Assembly (NCBI GenBank): GCA_043228905.1
Contig: JBHGNT010000022.1
Location: 9,548,001-9,612,000, forward strand
Reading direction: 5' to 3'
Length of the DNA: 64,000 nucleotides
Source of the DNA: Azolla caroliniana
Taxonomy: Eukaryota; Plantae; Polypodiophyta
This document shows positions 1 to 11,840 of this stretch, piece after piece (position 1 is the stretch's first letter; every line of letters begins with the position of its first letter). Made by a program: the position numbers and the translations under genes. The notes beneath the pieces are model-generated. The model did no database searches and was not told where the DNA came from. It saw only the letters and a program-made list of their open reading frames with translations.

Positions 1-234
1 CGAAGACATAGAGCTCGAGGTTGTGGCCTCTGAGTCTCCTATTGTATCCTACCTCTCTACCATAGTGATCTTGTTCGGAGTTTCTGAATTCCCATGGTTT
101 TGCCTCTCGAGGTTTTCCACGTTAACATACAATTTCGTCTCATTCATGTGTAAGTTTACCAATCTCTATTTTCTGTTTTATTTTTTCCATTGTATATTTG
201 GATCTCGGTTGTGGCCGAGAACGATTCATCTCAC
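1..234. mobile_element. Probable terminal fragment of an LTR (runs off window start)
   Basis: Contains GGTTTTCCACGT, a motif common in copia LTRs, and abuts LINE-derived sequence at ~235. No partner LTR in the window. Confidence 0.3.
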
Positions 235-1490
235 TTAAGGATGCTACCACCCCATACCTTCATTCCATAAAGAAGCATTGGGGTCACCAAAGAATCAAAA
301 AGCTATTTCTTGAGGACCCAACACTTAATCTTTCCATGATTGCATGTGTTCTCAAATGCACGATCTGATCTCTTTCCCACATTTAGGCGGCCAAGGTTTA
401 TGATTTGAAGGAATTTCAGGCCTTCTATGATTCGAAGGAACTATAAGGCCAAGGTATTTAAGGCTTTTCATAGTTTCCAATGGCTCATTATTGTACGCAA
501 TGCATGGTTTATCCTTATTTTGCCTCTTCATAAACATAATCTTTGTTTAAGAGTTCTTAAAATTCAAATTTGTTGCTAGAAAAACTCTTCCATCCCCAAA
601 ATTTAGTACGTGCATGTGTTTTTCTCGTGTTTTGAGAAATTGTTGAGTAACTTCCATATTCCTCTCTCTCATTAAATTATTCTTTTGTACCATGCAAATG
701 TTTTTGACACTTTTCTTTATCCTTAACTACGTCCAAACTCATAAGACACTTTCGAGCTTCATGGAAGTCCTTATCAAGCCACGTTTTCTTTGAACTAGAT
801 TTCTTGATGGCTTTGCCAACTATGTGCTTTGTTGAAAAGCATAAGTTTCTCCATGAATAAAAACTTTCTTAAAAGCTTCCCCTTTGTTATCTAATGTGGC
901 ACCATGTTGTATCATTGTCATTTGTAACATATCCTCAACCATCTTCGAATACATGGGTGCTCATTTAAGCTTTATTCTCAAATATGGTTGTTAAGAATCT
1001 TCCATGGCCTTCTCACAATGCAACATTTTCATATAATGGAGGTCAATACATAAACTCCTATTATTGGATTATGATGTCCTTTCACCAAGTAAAAACTTGT
1101 TCTACAATCCAAAATAGTTTTGGAAAGTAGCACATTGTCAATCACAACATTGTATTTTCTAACCATTAGTTTTAGGCCATAAAGGTACACCATTTGCAAT
1201 AATAGAAGAGTGACTGAGATGTGTGGCATGAAATATTTTTGTGCATCAAGTTGCAAACTTCTTGTACAAGCATTCATGTCACCAAAGCCAATACCTTCCC
1301 CTTTAACTTTGAAATAAGCAACTTCTAGATTGACAAGTTTTTATCCAAACAAGCATAAAAATTAGAATCTTGATGATGAATGTAGCCTTCAAGTACAAAA
1401 GTGGGCATATCATATGGCGTTTCTATTTTAAGCCACATGCAACACCTATGTTCATCACTTTTTATGATTGATGCATATTTCTCTCTTTAC
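235..1490 (-). mobile_element. Degenerate, internally deleted copy 1 of the RTEX-like LINE family
   Basis: 235-540 aligns by eye to the RT C-terminal part at 12720-13030 (KYLGL motif). 960-1490 aligns to the endonuclease region at 13830-14450 (MNACTRSLQLDAQKYFMPHI). Confidence 0.8.
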
Positions 1491-1644
1491 GAGAAAAGTA
1501 TTGATTAAGAGAAAAGAGGAAATACATGTTTTTTCAGGTTCGTAGTACTGGGTATGAGAAAAGCTTTACGATTCATCGTGCACGGATATCAGTATCCAGT
1601 GTTAAGTACCCATCATGGGCAAGGTTATTAAAGAAAATTAACAT

Positions 1645-2072
1645 TGAGCTCAATCAAATATTAGAGAAAAACTCCTTTCAAAGCCTACACCAAAGGGTCG
1701 TCCCAATGTGAAAGGGGTCAAATATCATTCTAAAAAGCTATAAAAGACATTTTTGGTAATTGTTGTAACTCTTGTCATTCCTTTCGAGTTTAGATCTTCA
1801 TATAAGCTTGAGCTCTCTCCTCCTCCTTCCTTGATCTTTCACTTACATGAAAATTGGCACTGAGCTCAACCGAATATTAGAGAAAAACTCATTTCAAAGC
1901 CTACATCAAAGGGTCGTCCCAATGTGAAAGGAGTCAAACCTCATTCTAAAAAGCTATAGAAGACACTTTTGGTAACTTTTGTAGCTCTTGTTCTTCCTTT
2001 CGAGTTTAGATCTTCATATAACTTAAGCTTGAGCTAGCTCATCCTCCTTCCTTAATCTTTCACTTAAGTGAA
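1645..2072. repeat. Tandem duplication, two ~216-bp units
   Basis: TGAGCTCAA..TATTAGAGAAAAACTC starts at both 1645 and 1861, and the units are colinear to ~2072. Confidence 0.9.
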
Positions 2073-2123
2073 TAGATTGATTAAGGATAAACTCTATTTA
2101 GTTATACCTTAATCACTCCTTCT

Positions 2124-4089
2124 TGTTAACTGGTGGGACAAGTGAGACATTGTGTGAAACGAGCAAAGGGAGCCGAGCACTAACAACCAAGCAAAGGGAG
2201 CCGAGTATTAGGGAGGAATGGTTGAAAAGCGCCGAGCATGGAGGACCATATATATACTGAGTGTTTGAGAACAGAGAGAAGGGAGATATTGGACTAGGAA
2301 TAGAGGAATAAGGAGAGAGTGAGTGTTGTACCGACAATGATCGGTGTTTGTATTTGTGAAGGATTGTACTACAACCAAATATGCTTTCTTGTGGGTAACT
2401 TAAGTGTTCTTTCTTTTAGGTCTATTATGTATAAGTACTGTCTGTGTGGAAATTGTGATCCTAAGATCGATTGTAGACGATCTCGCGGAATACTTTCCCT
2501 TATTCTATTAGTCGTACCCCATCCAGTGTGAAGGTCTAAATAACGGTCTATACGTGTCACGAGTATAGGGAAGTATGTATACCACGTAACAATTCGAATA
2601 ACAGTTTTGGCAGGGTGCCAAGACCCCAACTCTTCTTTTGCACCACAATACCTTGATCCGATTAGTCAAGACGAGGCAAGAGGAGTAATCAACGGTGTTT
2701 CTCCAAGAGGGAGTAACACAATTTGGCATGCCCGGTTCGAGATATGAGTACATAACGAACACATGTAGGAGAAAGACCCGGTCACTGTAACGGCGCCCCC
2801 TAGAGGAATACTCACTTAGACAACGTCCCTCATGCCAAACAGGAGGAGAGAGTGACCGATTCAGCTCTCACAGAGCAACCTCTCTTGGAATCAGATGCTC
2901 AATTAGCAATGCTCCCCAATCCAGTCTCGACCAACAACAATAGCCTAGAGGTCGACCATTCCGATGACAACAACCCACTTTTGACAGTACGACCAGATTC
3001 AGACATCGACACCATGCCCTATCCATACCCCAAATACAACGACGAAGCCGATGCGGAGGCACATGTCCGCACTTTCCTTAACACATGCCAAGCTAACCAT
3101 GTGTCCCAATGCTTGGCCGCAGTCAATGCAGAGACATCAAAGATCGTGGAGATCGGCTTGTCCCTCAACGGGCAAGCAACAAACTGGTACTCTGAACACG
3201 ACTTGGGCGAGTTTCCATCATTCCAAGAACTATGATACATATTCATTTGTCTTTTCCATCGGCAGATTCCTTAGCGAAAATTGATGAGCCAGTTCTATGC
3301 CATCTCTCAGGAACCCTAGAAGTCGATTTCTTAGTTCATCATTCGATTCCAAAACTTACGCAAACAACTGGCTTGGCAAATCCTGGCTGACGAACTTAAG
3401 GAAACCTTCCTTATGGCTCTCTGCGAGCCCCTCCAAACCACCTTGGCACTCCTCGACTTCTCTCAACATACGATCGAGTAGGATATTGATCGCCTCCTAA
3501 CCATGGATAACGTTCAAAATAGCAACCCTCTCTCACTAGGTTCGTTACAACGTGCGTTGCCGAAAACCGAAGAGGGATGTCCAGTTTTGGCTAGGTTGTG
3601 CAATGCACAACGTGCTTAAATCCAGGCCACTCAACGGTGGAGTGCACATTGTGATCGCACTAACTGATATGTCACTCCCGTGTACACACTCTCAATCAAT
3701 GTGAGTACAACCTATTGAATCGAGCAACGGCTTCAGTGCGACACATCGAGCCACGTAATGATCAACTACGGCATGAGAATCGATTCCGATAGCCGCCTCG
3801 CTTTTGGGAAGCCAAACGACCTCATTACGAGGATCGCTTCACCCCAGTCCAAAACATCTACGACAACTATCACTACGAGTATGACCGCAATGAGGAATAT
3901 GCACCTCAACACCCATGTATGCCATAGATGGAGAGGAGGCCTCCCACCAATGGGCGATTTGCGAATAATCGACAACATGACAATAACCGGCGTCCCCATG
4001 ACAACAAGCACTAAGATGATCCTCGTGCTGGCCATCGTCGAATTTCTTCTAACGAGGAACAACGGGATGAACGCCAATCCCAACAGACA
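2124..4089 (+). mobile_element. Truncated non-chromovirus Ty3/gypsy (Tat/Athila-like): 5' LTR, PBS and decayed gag
   Basis: TGTTAAC...TAACA LTR 2124-~2718. TGGCATGCCCGGT at 2724 is PBS-like (resembles tRNA-Arg PBS). Gag-like ORF at 2852 (KYNDEADAEAHVRTFL...ATNWYSE) and decayed zinc knuckles near 3600-3720. Confidence 0.65.
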
Positions 4090-4504
4090 CGGTGCTTCCT
4101 TGACTCCATACAATGGCTTCTTGAGTTGGCAGACTGCAGTCAGATGCTTGGTCAATTCGAAACCAGGTGGTTGAATCATGAAGAACTCCTCTTCTAATTC
4201 GTCTTCAAGGAAGGTGTTCTTTACATCCATTTGATCGAGGTGCCACCCTTTAATAGCTGCAAGTGCAAAGACTGTCTGAACTGTCATCATCTTTGCCACC
4301 GGGGTAAAGGTCTCCTCATTGTCGACTACGTGTGTTTGAGCATATCCCTTAGCTACGAGTCATGCCTTGTAGTGGTTCATTAAGCCATCGACATTATATT
4401 TGATTTTATATATCCATCTATAGCCGATCGCTTTCTTGTGTGGAAATTGGGGGAGGAGATCCTACATAGCGCTTGCATCTCCTCGTTCATGGCTTCGATA
4501 CGTC
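4090..4504 (-). mobile_element. Ty1/copia RT fragment (same family as the 35105-60343 copia)
   Basis: WHLDQMDVKNTFL...QPPGFE...QLKKPLYGVKEAP; nucleotide similarity to 42600-43010. Confidence 0.85.
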
Positions 4505-5627
4505 GTGCTCAAGTGTGGTTGTTTATTATCTTCAGTCACCTTCTCACAATCAAGCCTATGCATGCATTTGAGATCAATACATAAAGCCCTATAATCGGAT
4601 TCCGGTGTCCATTCACCAAGTGAGAATTTATGTATACGATCCAAAATACCTTCGGAAAGTAGCACATAGTCAATCACACTATTTCTGTTGTGTTTTCTAC
4701 ATGTAAAACCATTAGTGTTGGGCCATAAGGAAACACCATTTGCAATAAGCAATCCGGTACTATTGCAGCACATTTGTAGGAGTAACTTCCCAAATTGGTT
4801 CGGATCTTTTTCATCGCTAGAAAAGAGGCTATACATTTGCATATCCTCTTGCTTCCTTAAGATATGTGGCATGAAAGATTCTTGTGCATCAAGTTGGAAA
4901 CTTCTTGTACGAGCATTCATGTCACTAAAGACAATAACTTCCCCTTTGGATTTGAAATAAGCAATATCATCTTCTAGATTGGCAAAAGGTTCATCTTTAT
5001 CCAAAAAAGCATAAAAGTTAGAACCTTGATGAGGAATGTAGCATCCAACTACAAAAGTGGGAAGATCATTAGGTGTTTCTATTTTGAGCCATATGTAGCA
5101 TTCATGTTCATCATTTTTTATGATTAACACATATTTCTCTATTTTTATCTTAATCAAACATGCCACCCCTCCTTGTCCTCTTCTTTGTGTTGGATTTTTC
5201 TCCTATATCAAAGAGTGTACATTATAGTTTTCTAAACCTTGAATCCTTTGAGTATCATGTTCCCATGTTTCAACAAGAAGTGTGATATCCGAGTCATCAG
5301 TGAACTCCTCTATGCCAAATCCCACATTCCATGGGTATCCATTGCAATTCCAAAAGCATAATCATAGGTCTCATAGGTCACATGTCCCTATTTGCCTACA
5401 TTTCCATCTTTAGGCACATCCTTAACCTTATTTTTCAATCTTTCTTCATATGCTTTACGATGGGCATTTTGTTGTGAGATAGTACGATCTTTACTCAAAA
5501 GCATTGTGTGCCTTTGAGGTATACCCAACTATTTTCGAGTATGATCCACCACTTTGTATAATCCGTCATTGTGCATACAATAGGCCATTCTTCGGAGCAA
5601 GTAACACCATGTTTCCCAACTCGGTGT

Positions 5628-8600
5628 TGTTACGAAGGCGTTACGACTCTTCTTAGTGCATAGCAAATCGTGATGTGCAGGATCGTTTAAGTTTCAAGAG
5701 AGAAAGAAGGGGGGAAGGGAACTCACCTCTGTAGCAGCCCAAAAACATGTTATGCATCATTATGTAGAGAAAACCTCTTTGTCTATCTTCTTGCTTCTCT
5801 TCTTACTTCACTCTCCTACTCTTTTTTACCTAAGTATCGAAGTGACTTACATATTCAACTAATTAGCTGTGAGTAGCTAAATAGTTGTGAACAACTAAAA
5901 AATAGCTATTTTACCTATATGTCTAATAGTAGCTAATTTCCTAATAGCTACTAGAGAGGATCTCAGTTACCAATAAACATCACATGCCTTTGTTGAGCTT
6001 GTTTCTTAACACTCCCCCTCAAGCTCAACTTATCCATTCTTGAGATCATCTTTAGCCTTCTTTCCTTCATGCTTTCCAGCTATCATACCAATGCTTATAA
6101 CTCCCATCATGTCCCTGAACTGTGTATGTTTTTCTATGCTCAGTCCCTTGGTAAGAATGTAAGCAACTTGCTGATTTGTACTTACATACAACATATCCAC
6201 TTCTCCATCAATCACTTTTTCTCTAACAAAGTGATAATGCACTTCAATGTGCTTCGTTCTTGCATGCAACACTGGGTTTTTTGCGAGCTGAATACTGCTC
6301 ATATTGTCACACCAAATTGTGACTACGCCATCTATATACTCCCAAATCAGCAAGCAATCTTCTGATCCAAACTTCTTCACAAGTAGCTATTGCAACTCCT
6401 CTATATTCAACTTCAGTACTTGATAATGCAACGATAGCTTGTTTCTTGCCTCCATGAAATAGTTGCACTTCCCAATATAAACATATATCCACACGTGGAT
6501 CTTCTATCAATTTGGCTTCCAGCCCAATCAATATCTGTATATCCTTCCAACTTTATGTCTATATCAACCTTGTAAAACAGTCCATGGTTTTGAGTAGCTT
6601 TTACATACCTCAAAATTCTTCTAATGCAATCCAAATGTGGCTTTGTTGGCTATTGCATAAACTAACTGACTAATCCAACTGCATAACTCAAATCAGGTCT
6701 TGTTATAGTCAAGTATATGAGGTTGCCCACCATAGACCTATACATGTTCACATCTGCTAATTTTGCTCCCAAATCAGCTCTCAATTTGCAATTCTTACCT
6801 AGTGGTACACCAATAGGTTTGCAACCAAGCACTCCATACTTCTTCAGCACAATTGTTATATACTATTTTTGCAACATATATATACCACTTTCAGATCTGA
6901 TTATCTCAATACCAAGAAAGTATTTCAGCTCTCCCAGATCCTTCATATGAAATTGCATTTCCAAAATTTTCTTCAACGTGCTTATTTCATCCATAGAATT
7001 ACCTCCAGTGATTAAATCACCTACATAAATCAAAATCACAACAATGCAGTCATTTATCCTTTTTACATACAATGAGGGATCAGCCTTTGACATTTTGAAA
7101 GCAATTTTTTCAGAGATTCTGAAAGTTCTTTGTGACATGCTCTCGGTGCTTGTTTCAATCCATAGAGAGCCTTTTTCAGCTTACAAACATATTCTGGATG
7201 CTTCTTATCTTCAAATCCTGGTGGTTGACACATGTACACTTCCTCTTCTAAGTTACCAAGTAAAAAAACATTTTTTACATCCATATGGTGCAGAACCCAT
7301 CTTTTGGTTGCACTTACAGCAAGTAGTGTCCTCAAGGTTGCCATTTTTGCTACCGGTGTAAATGTCTCATCATTATCAATTCCTTGCATTTGGGCATACT
7401 ATCCCTTTGTCTTGCTTTATGTCTACTTACATTCCCATTGGAATCGTGCTTTGTTTTGTAGACCCATTTGCAACCTACCACATTTTCTCCTTTTGGCAAT
7501 TTTACCAAATCCCATGTTTTGTTTTCAGCCAATGCATCCATTTCTTCTTGAATTGCATTCACCCATTTCTTCTCATCTTTTGTTTCATCAAAGCTGTTTG
7601 GATCAGGGATTTGTACCACTTTAGACATATATGCATAATGCATAGCCATGTATGTAGCATAACCAAATCTTTCTACAAATTTTTTCTCTCTATTTGATGT
7701 TCTCAATTTCTTATTTGCATCTTTCATTACTTTTGCAATACCAGGGATTTTCAAGGCTTGTGTACCCATCTCATCATCCAATGATACATCTGGATCTACA
7801 TCTTCCATGTTTCTAGATCCTTCATCTAACATTTCATATTCTGGCATCCTTTGTTTTCCCTTCTTATAATCATATTTTTTATGTCTTACATTTTTTCCAC
7901 TCCAAGCATTTGATTCAGATTTACTACCTGAGTTTTCCGATGGTCCAGTACATGCTATCGATGTTGGACTTTGTTGTCCAACCTTATTTCCATTTCCATA
8001 ACAAACACTTTCATTTTCAGATTTGTTTCTGTCTTCATTTTTATTGTCTTCATCAGTTTCTGCATTCTGTTTTGGGTCGTACAACTACCCAACTCATCAA
8101 ATATTTCATCACAGCTTACTACAATCTTTTTTGTCAAAGGGTTATAACATCTATACCCTTTTTGCTCCTCTGAATATCCCACAAAAACAGATTTTCAGCT
8201 TTTGGATCAAGCTTACTTCTTACTTCAGCAGGTACATGAACATAAGTAATGCATCCAAACACTTTTAAGTGTCCTAAACTAGGTTTCTTGCCATAGAAAC
8301 ATTCTTCAGGAGTTACTACATGTACTCCAGATGTTATGCATCTATTTAGAATATAGTTTGCTGTGTTTACAGCTTCAACCCAATAATACAATGACATATT
8401 TTTTCAGTAATCAAGGCTCGTGCTATATTTACCAAAGTTCTGTTTTTCCTCTCAGCCACTCCATTTTGTTGTGGAGTATATCTACATGTGAATTGTCTCC
8501 TTATTCCTTGATTGCATAGAAAATCAGAGAATTCATTTGAGAAGTATTCTCCCAAGCCTCCATCAGACCTTAAACATTTTATTTTAGTTCCAGCCTGCTT

Positions 8601-10841
8601 TTCTACCATGCATTTGAACTTACGAAAACACTCAAATACTTCACTCTTCTCTTTCATGAAGTAAACCCATGTTTTCCTTAAGCAATCATCAATGAATGTT
8701 ACATAAAACCTGCAACCACCAATTGAGGCATTTTTTGTAGGTCCCCATACATCTGTATGTACCAAATCCAACAGGTTTTTTCTTATATGTCCTTCATGAG
8801 GGAAAGGCAACCTATTTTGCTTTCCATATTGATATGCTTCACATATTTTACTCATCTCACAGTCTTTCAACATGTTTTCTGAACATATTTTGCAAGGTTT
8901 GCATACTAATGTGTCCCATTCGTTTATGCCACATTTCTACATCTGAGATTACATTCATTCCTTCTGCAAACATGGTTGTAATCTTTTTAGGCATATCCAC
9001 ACATAAAACAAACATTCTTCCTTGGTGTTTTCCTTTTGTAATCAACTTTCCATGTTTCTCTATAAAGCACCCACTTTGCTTAAACTTTACTTGCATTCCT
9101 TGCTCTACTATCTCTCCAACAGAAATCGGATTTTTTGCAAGGTTTGGAACATGCATAACATTCAACATATACTTTGTTTTCCCTTTTCTTCCCACAATGG
9201 AATATCTCCAACATGCTCGATTGTATGAGTAGTATTATCACTTGTTTGTACATAACCAGGAATCTCTGGTTCTCTTAAACTTTCAAACCAATTTGCATGT
9301 CCTGTCATATGATTAGATGCCCCAGAATCTTCATACCACATATAATCTTTATTACATCTCTGTGAACTTTCAGCCGTTGCTGGCGTCTCATGATGCATCA
9401 CAAAAGCACCCTCTTTGTCACTGTTTTCACTAGTTGAAGCATAGTTATTTTGTTTTCTCTTCCCTCTTTTTTCATCATTTTGCTTTTTATAACATTCAAC
9501 CTGTGTATGGCCTGGTTTTCCACAATGCCAACAGCCATCATCACTCAAAAAAAATTGCTTACCTCTGCCTCAATTGCTCCCCCTGCCTCTAATGTTATTT
9601 CTTCCACTTATTTCTTGTTGTCCTCTTCCTTGATAATTATTATTGGTTCTAGTTGAACCAAATCTTCCATGGTCTCTTCCTCAGCCTCTTCCAGCACTAT
9701 TGTAGAGAGCTTGCCCCTCAGTCTCAAAGTTTCCTTTGTTTATATCTTCAATCTGATTTCTTTCTTCCACTACAAGCATTGAAACCAGATCTGCAAAACT
9801 TGGGATACTATCCCTTGTGAGAATGGATGTTTTGAAGCATTTATATTTAGGTACTAAGCCTCTTAAGCATACTTCTACTTTATCATCATCTTCTACCTTC
9901 ACATTAATAGAAGCAAGTGACTCACATATGCTCTTTATTTTCAGAGCATACTCATTGACTGACATCTTACCTTTTTCCAAGATATTTAGTTCAGTCTTCA
10001 ATTTAAGTTTTCTTGCCTTTGTATTTACTGCAAACAGTTTCACCAAACTGTCCCAAGCTTCCTTTGGAAGCAGAGCATCTTGTATATGTCCAAGCATCGA
10101 ATCTGAGATGTTAAGTGACAACCAATGCAATACTTTTCTTGCCCCTTGATTCCAATCTTTAAATGCTTTGATTTGTGCAGCAATTGCATTTTCTTCAGGG
10201 ATCTCTAGATCCTCTTCTAGGTCTCCTTCAATGTAATCCCAATATCCTTTTCCCATCAGGAAATTTGTCATTCTGAATTTCCATGTAGGGAAATTGTTTT
10301 TATCCAGTTTTTCTGTGACGATTTTACTTCCATTTTAAGCAATCATCTCTCTTTCAATTTAGGGCTTTAGCTACGATTAACTTCAACAAGAACCTCTCTT
10401 ATTCAGATCAGCAAATGGAGAAATTTTCTCAGATCTGTATTGTTCTTCTTTACAAGCACCTCTGCTCTAATACCATGTTACAAAGGTGCTATGGCTCTTC
10501 ATAGTGCACATCGGATCATTTAGGTTTCAAAAGAGAAAGAAGGGGGGAAGGGAACTCACCTCTGTAGTAGCCCAAAAACACGTTCTATTTCATTACACAG
10601 AGAAAACCTCTCTCTTTGTCTTCATACTACTCTTTTTACTTCACTCTCCTACTCTTTTTTACCTAAGTATATAAGTGACTTACATATTCATCTAATTAGT
10701 TGTGAGTAGCTAAATAGTTGTGAATAGCTAAGTAGTTGTTTTACCTATATGTCTAATAGTAGCTAATTTCCTAATAGCTACTATAGAATATCTTAGTTAC
10801 CAATAAGCATCACATGCTTTTGTTGAGCTTGTTTCTTAACA
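5628..10841 (-). mobile_element. Full-length but frameshifted Ty1/copia LTR retrotransposon
   Basis: LTRs 5628-6011 and 10476-10841 (TG..CA). PBS TGGTATTAGAGC (tRNA-iMet, 1 mismatch) at 10464-10475; PPT next to 6012; TSD GGTGT/GATGT. Domains in copia order: gag (9681-10271), zinc knuckle and protease (DSGASNHM), integrase (HTDVWGP, QQNGVAER), RT, RNase H (KHIEVHYHF). Confidence 0.96.
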
Positions 10842-11130
10842 GATGTGCCCCATATACTTTCACATCTGACATACCATAATGCATGCTAAAAATTTCACCA
10901 ATGGCCTTTCCAAGGGATGTGGGTGTTTCCACACTCTCCTCTTTAATCCCACAGATGACAATGTTCTTTGATCGTTGTTCACATTCTTTCAATTCTTGAG
11001 CATTTATGTTTTCTATATTCTTCTCTTGATTCATCACATGCATATTAGATGAGTTTGATACCATATCCCCACCACATACATCAGCCCATGACTTCGTTGT
11101 GCATACATTTTTCATCTCACTTACATTCCG

Positions 11131-11430
11131 CCACATCGTATCCATTTCTTCTTCTTTTAGTTCTTCCTTTAACTCAATCTTGTTGAGGCGCTCATTTGTT
11201 TTGAAAGAAGCTCTTTTACATTCTTGAATCTTTCTTCAAGTTTTGCAACCATTTTCTAAAGACCTTCATTCTCAAGTTTTGCAACCACATCGTATCCATT
11301 TCTTCTTCTTTTAGTTCTTCCTTTAACTCAATCTTGTTGAGGCGCTCATTTGTTTTGAAAGAAGCTCTTTTACATTCTTGAATCTTTCTTCAAGTTTTGC
11401 AACCATTTTCTAAAGACCTTCATTCTCAAG
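11131..11430. repeat. 154-bp tandem duplication inside LINE ORF1
   Basis: CCACATCGTATCCATTTC starts at 11131 and 11285. The junction reuses CAAGTTTTGCAACCA from inside the unit. Confidence 0.9.
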
Positions 11431-11840
11431 AGCAACTATTTGGATGTTAGCGTTTCTCTTTCATTAGTATCCTAATCTCTTCACGTTACTTGTTTATGGT
11501 TTCTTGAAGAGAAATCAAGTGACTCATAATCACTTTGTCCATTGTGGCTGAGTTTATTGCATTGGTGTCAAGAATCATTGGTGATCTTGGCTCATTATCG
11601 ATCATACTCCTGCTTTTTGTGGCCGCCTTACGAGTGTTTGCCATTCTAGGACCAAACCCTATGAGAAGTATACCTCTAAAACCTGTCAGCTTTAATTTAT
11701 TACAGAACTAATCTTCTTAGTTCATATCGTAGATCTTGTTGTGAGCTTCAATTCAAGCCATAGCTTGTCAAAATGGGGCCTTGTATGACAAAGTAATGGC
11801 TAAAATAGACATGCATAGAGAGAGAGAGAGAGAGAGAGAG

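Larger units (their letters stand above)
4505..11815 (-). mobile_element. RTEX-like LINE copy 2 (5'UTR, ORF1, APE endonuclease; RT part lost), split by a copia insertion
   Basis: ORF1 ATG at ~11644, coiled coil plus SKNIVICGIKEE/GAH motif. Endonuclease ORF 4462-5166 (DMNART, SVIDY, ESDY). The interrupted sequence rejoins as CAACTCGGTGT|GCCCCATAT, as in copy 3 at 14941. Confidence 0.9.

Noticed and set aside
3766-4299. 177-aa RT-plus-hydrophobic-tail fusion protein
   Set aside because: Chance read-through from a copia RT fragment into the antisense strand of an unrelated gypsy gag.
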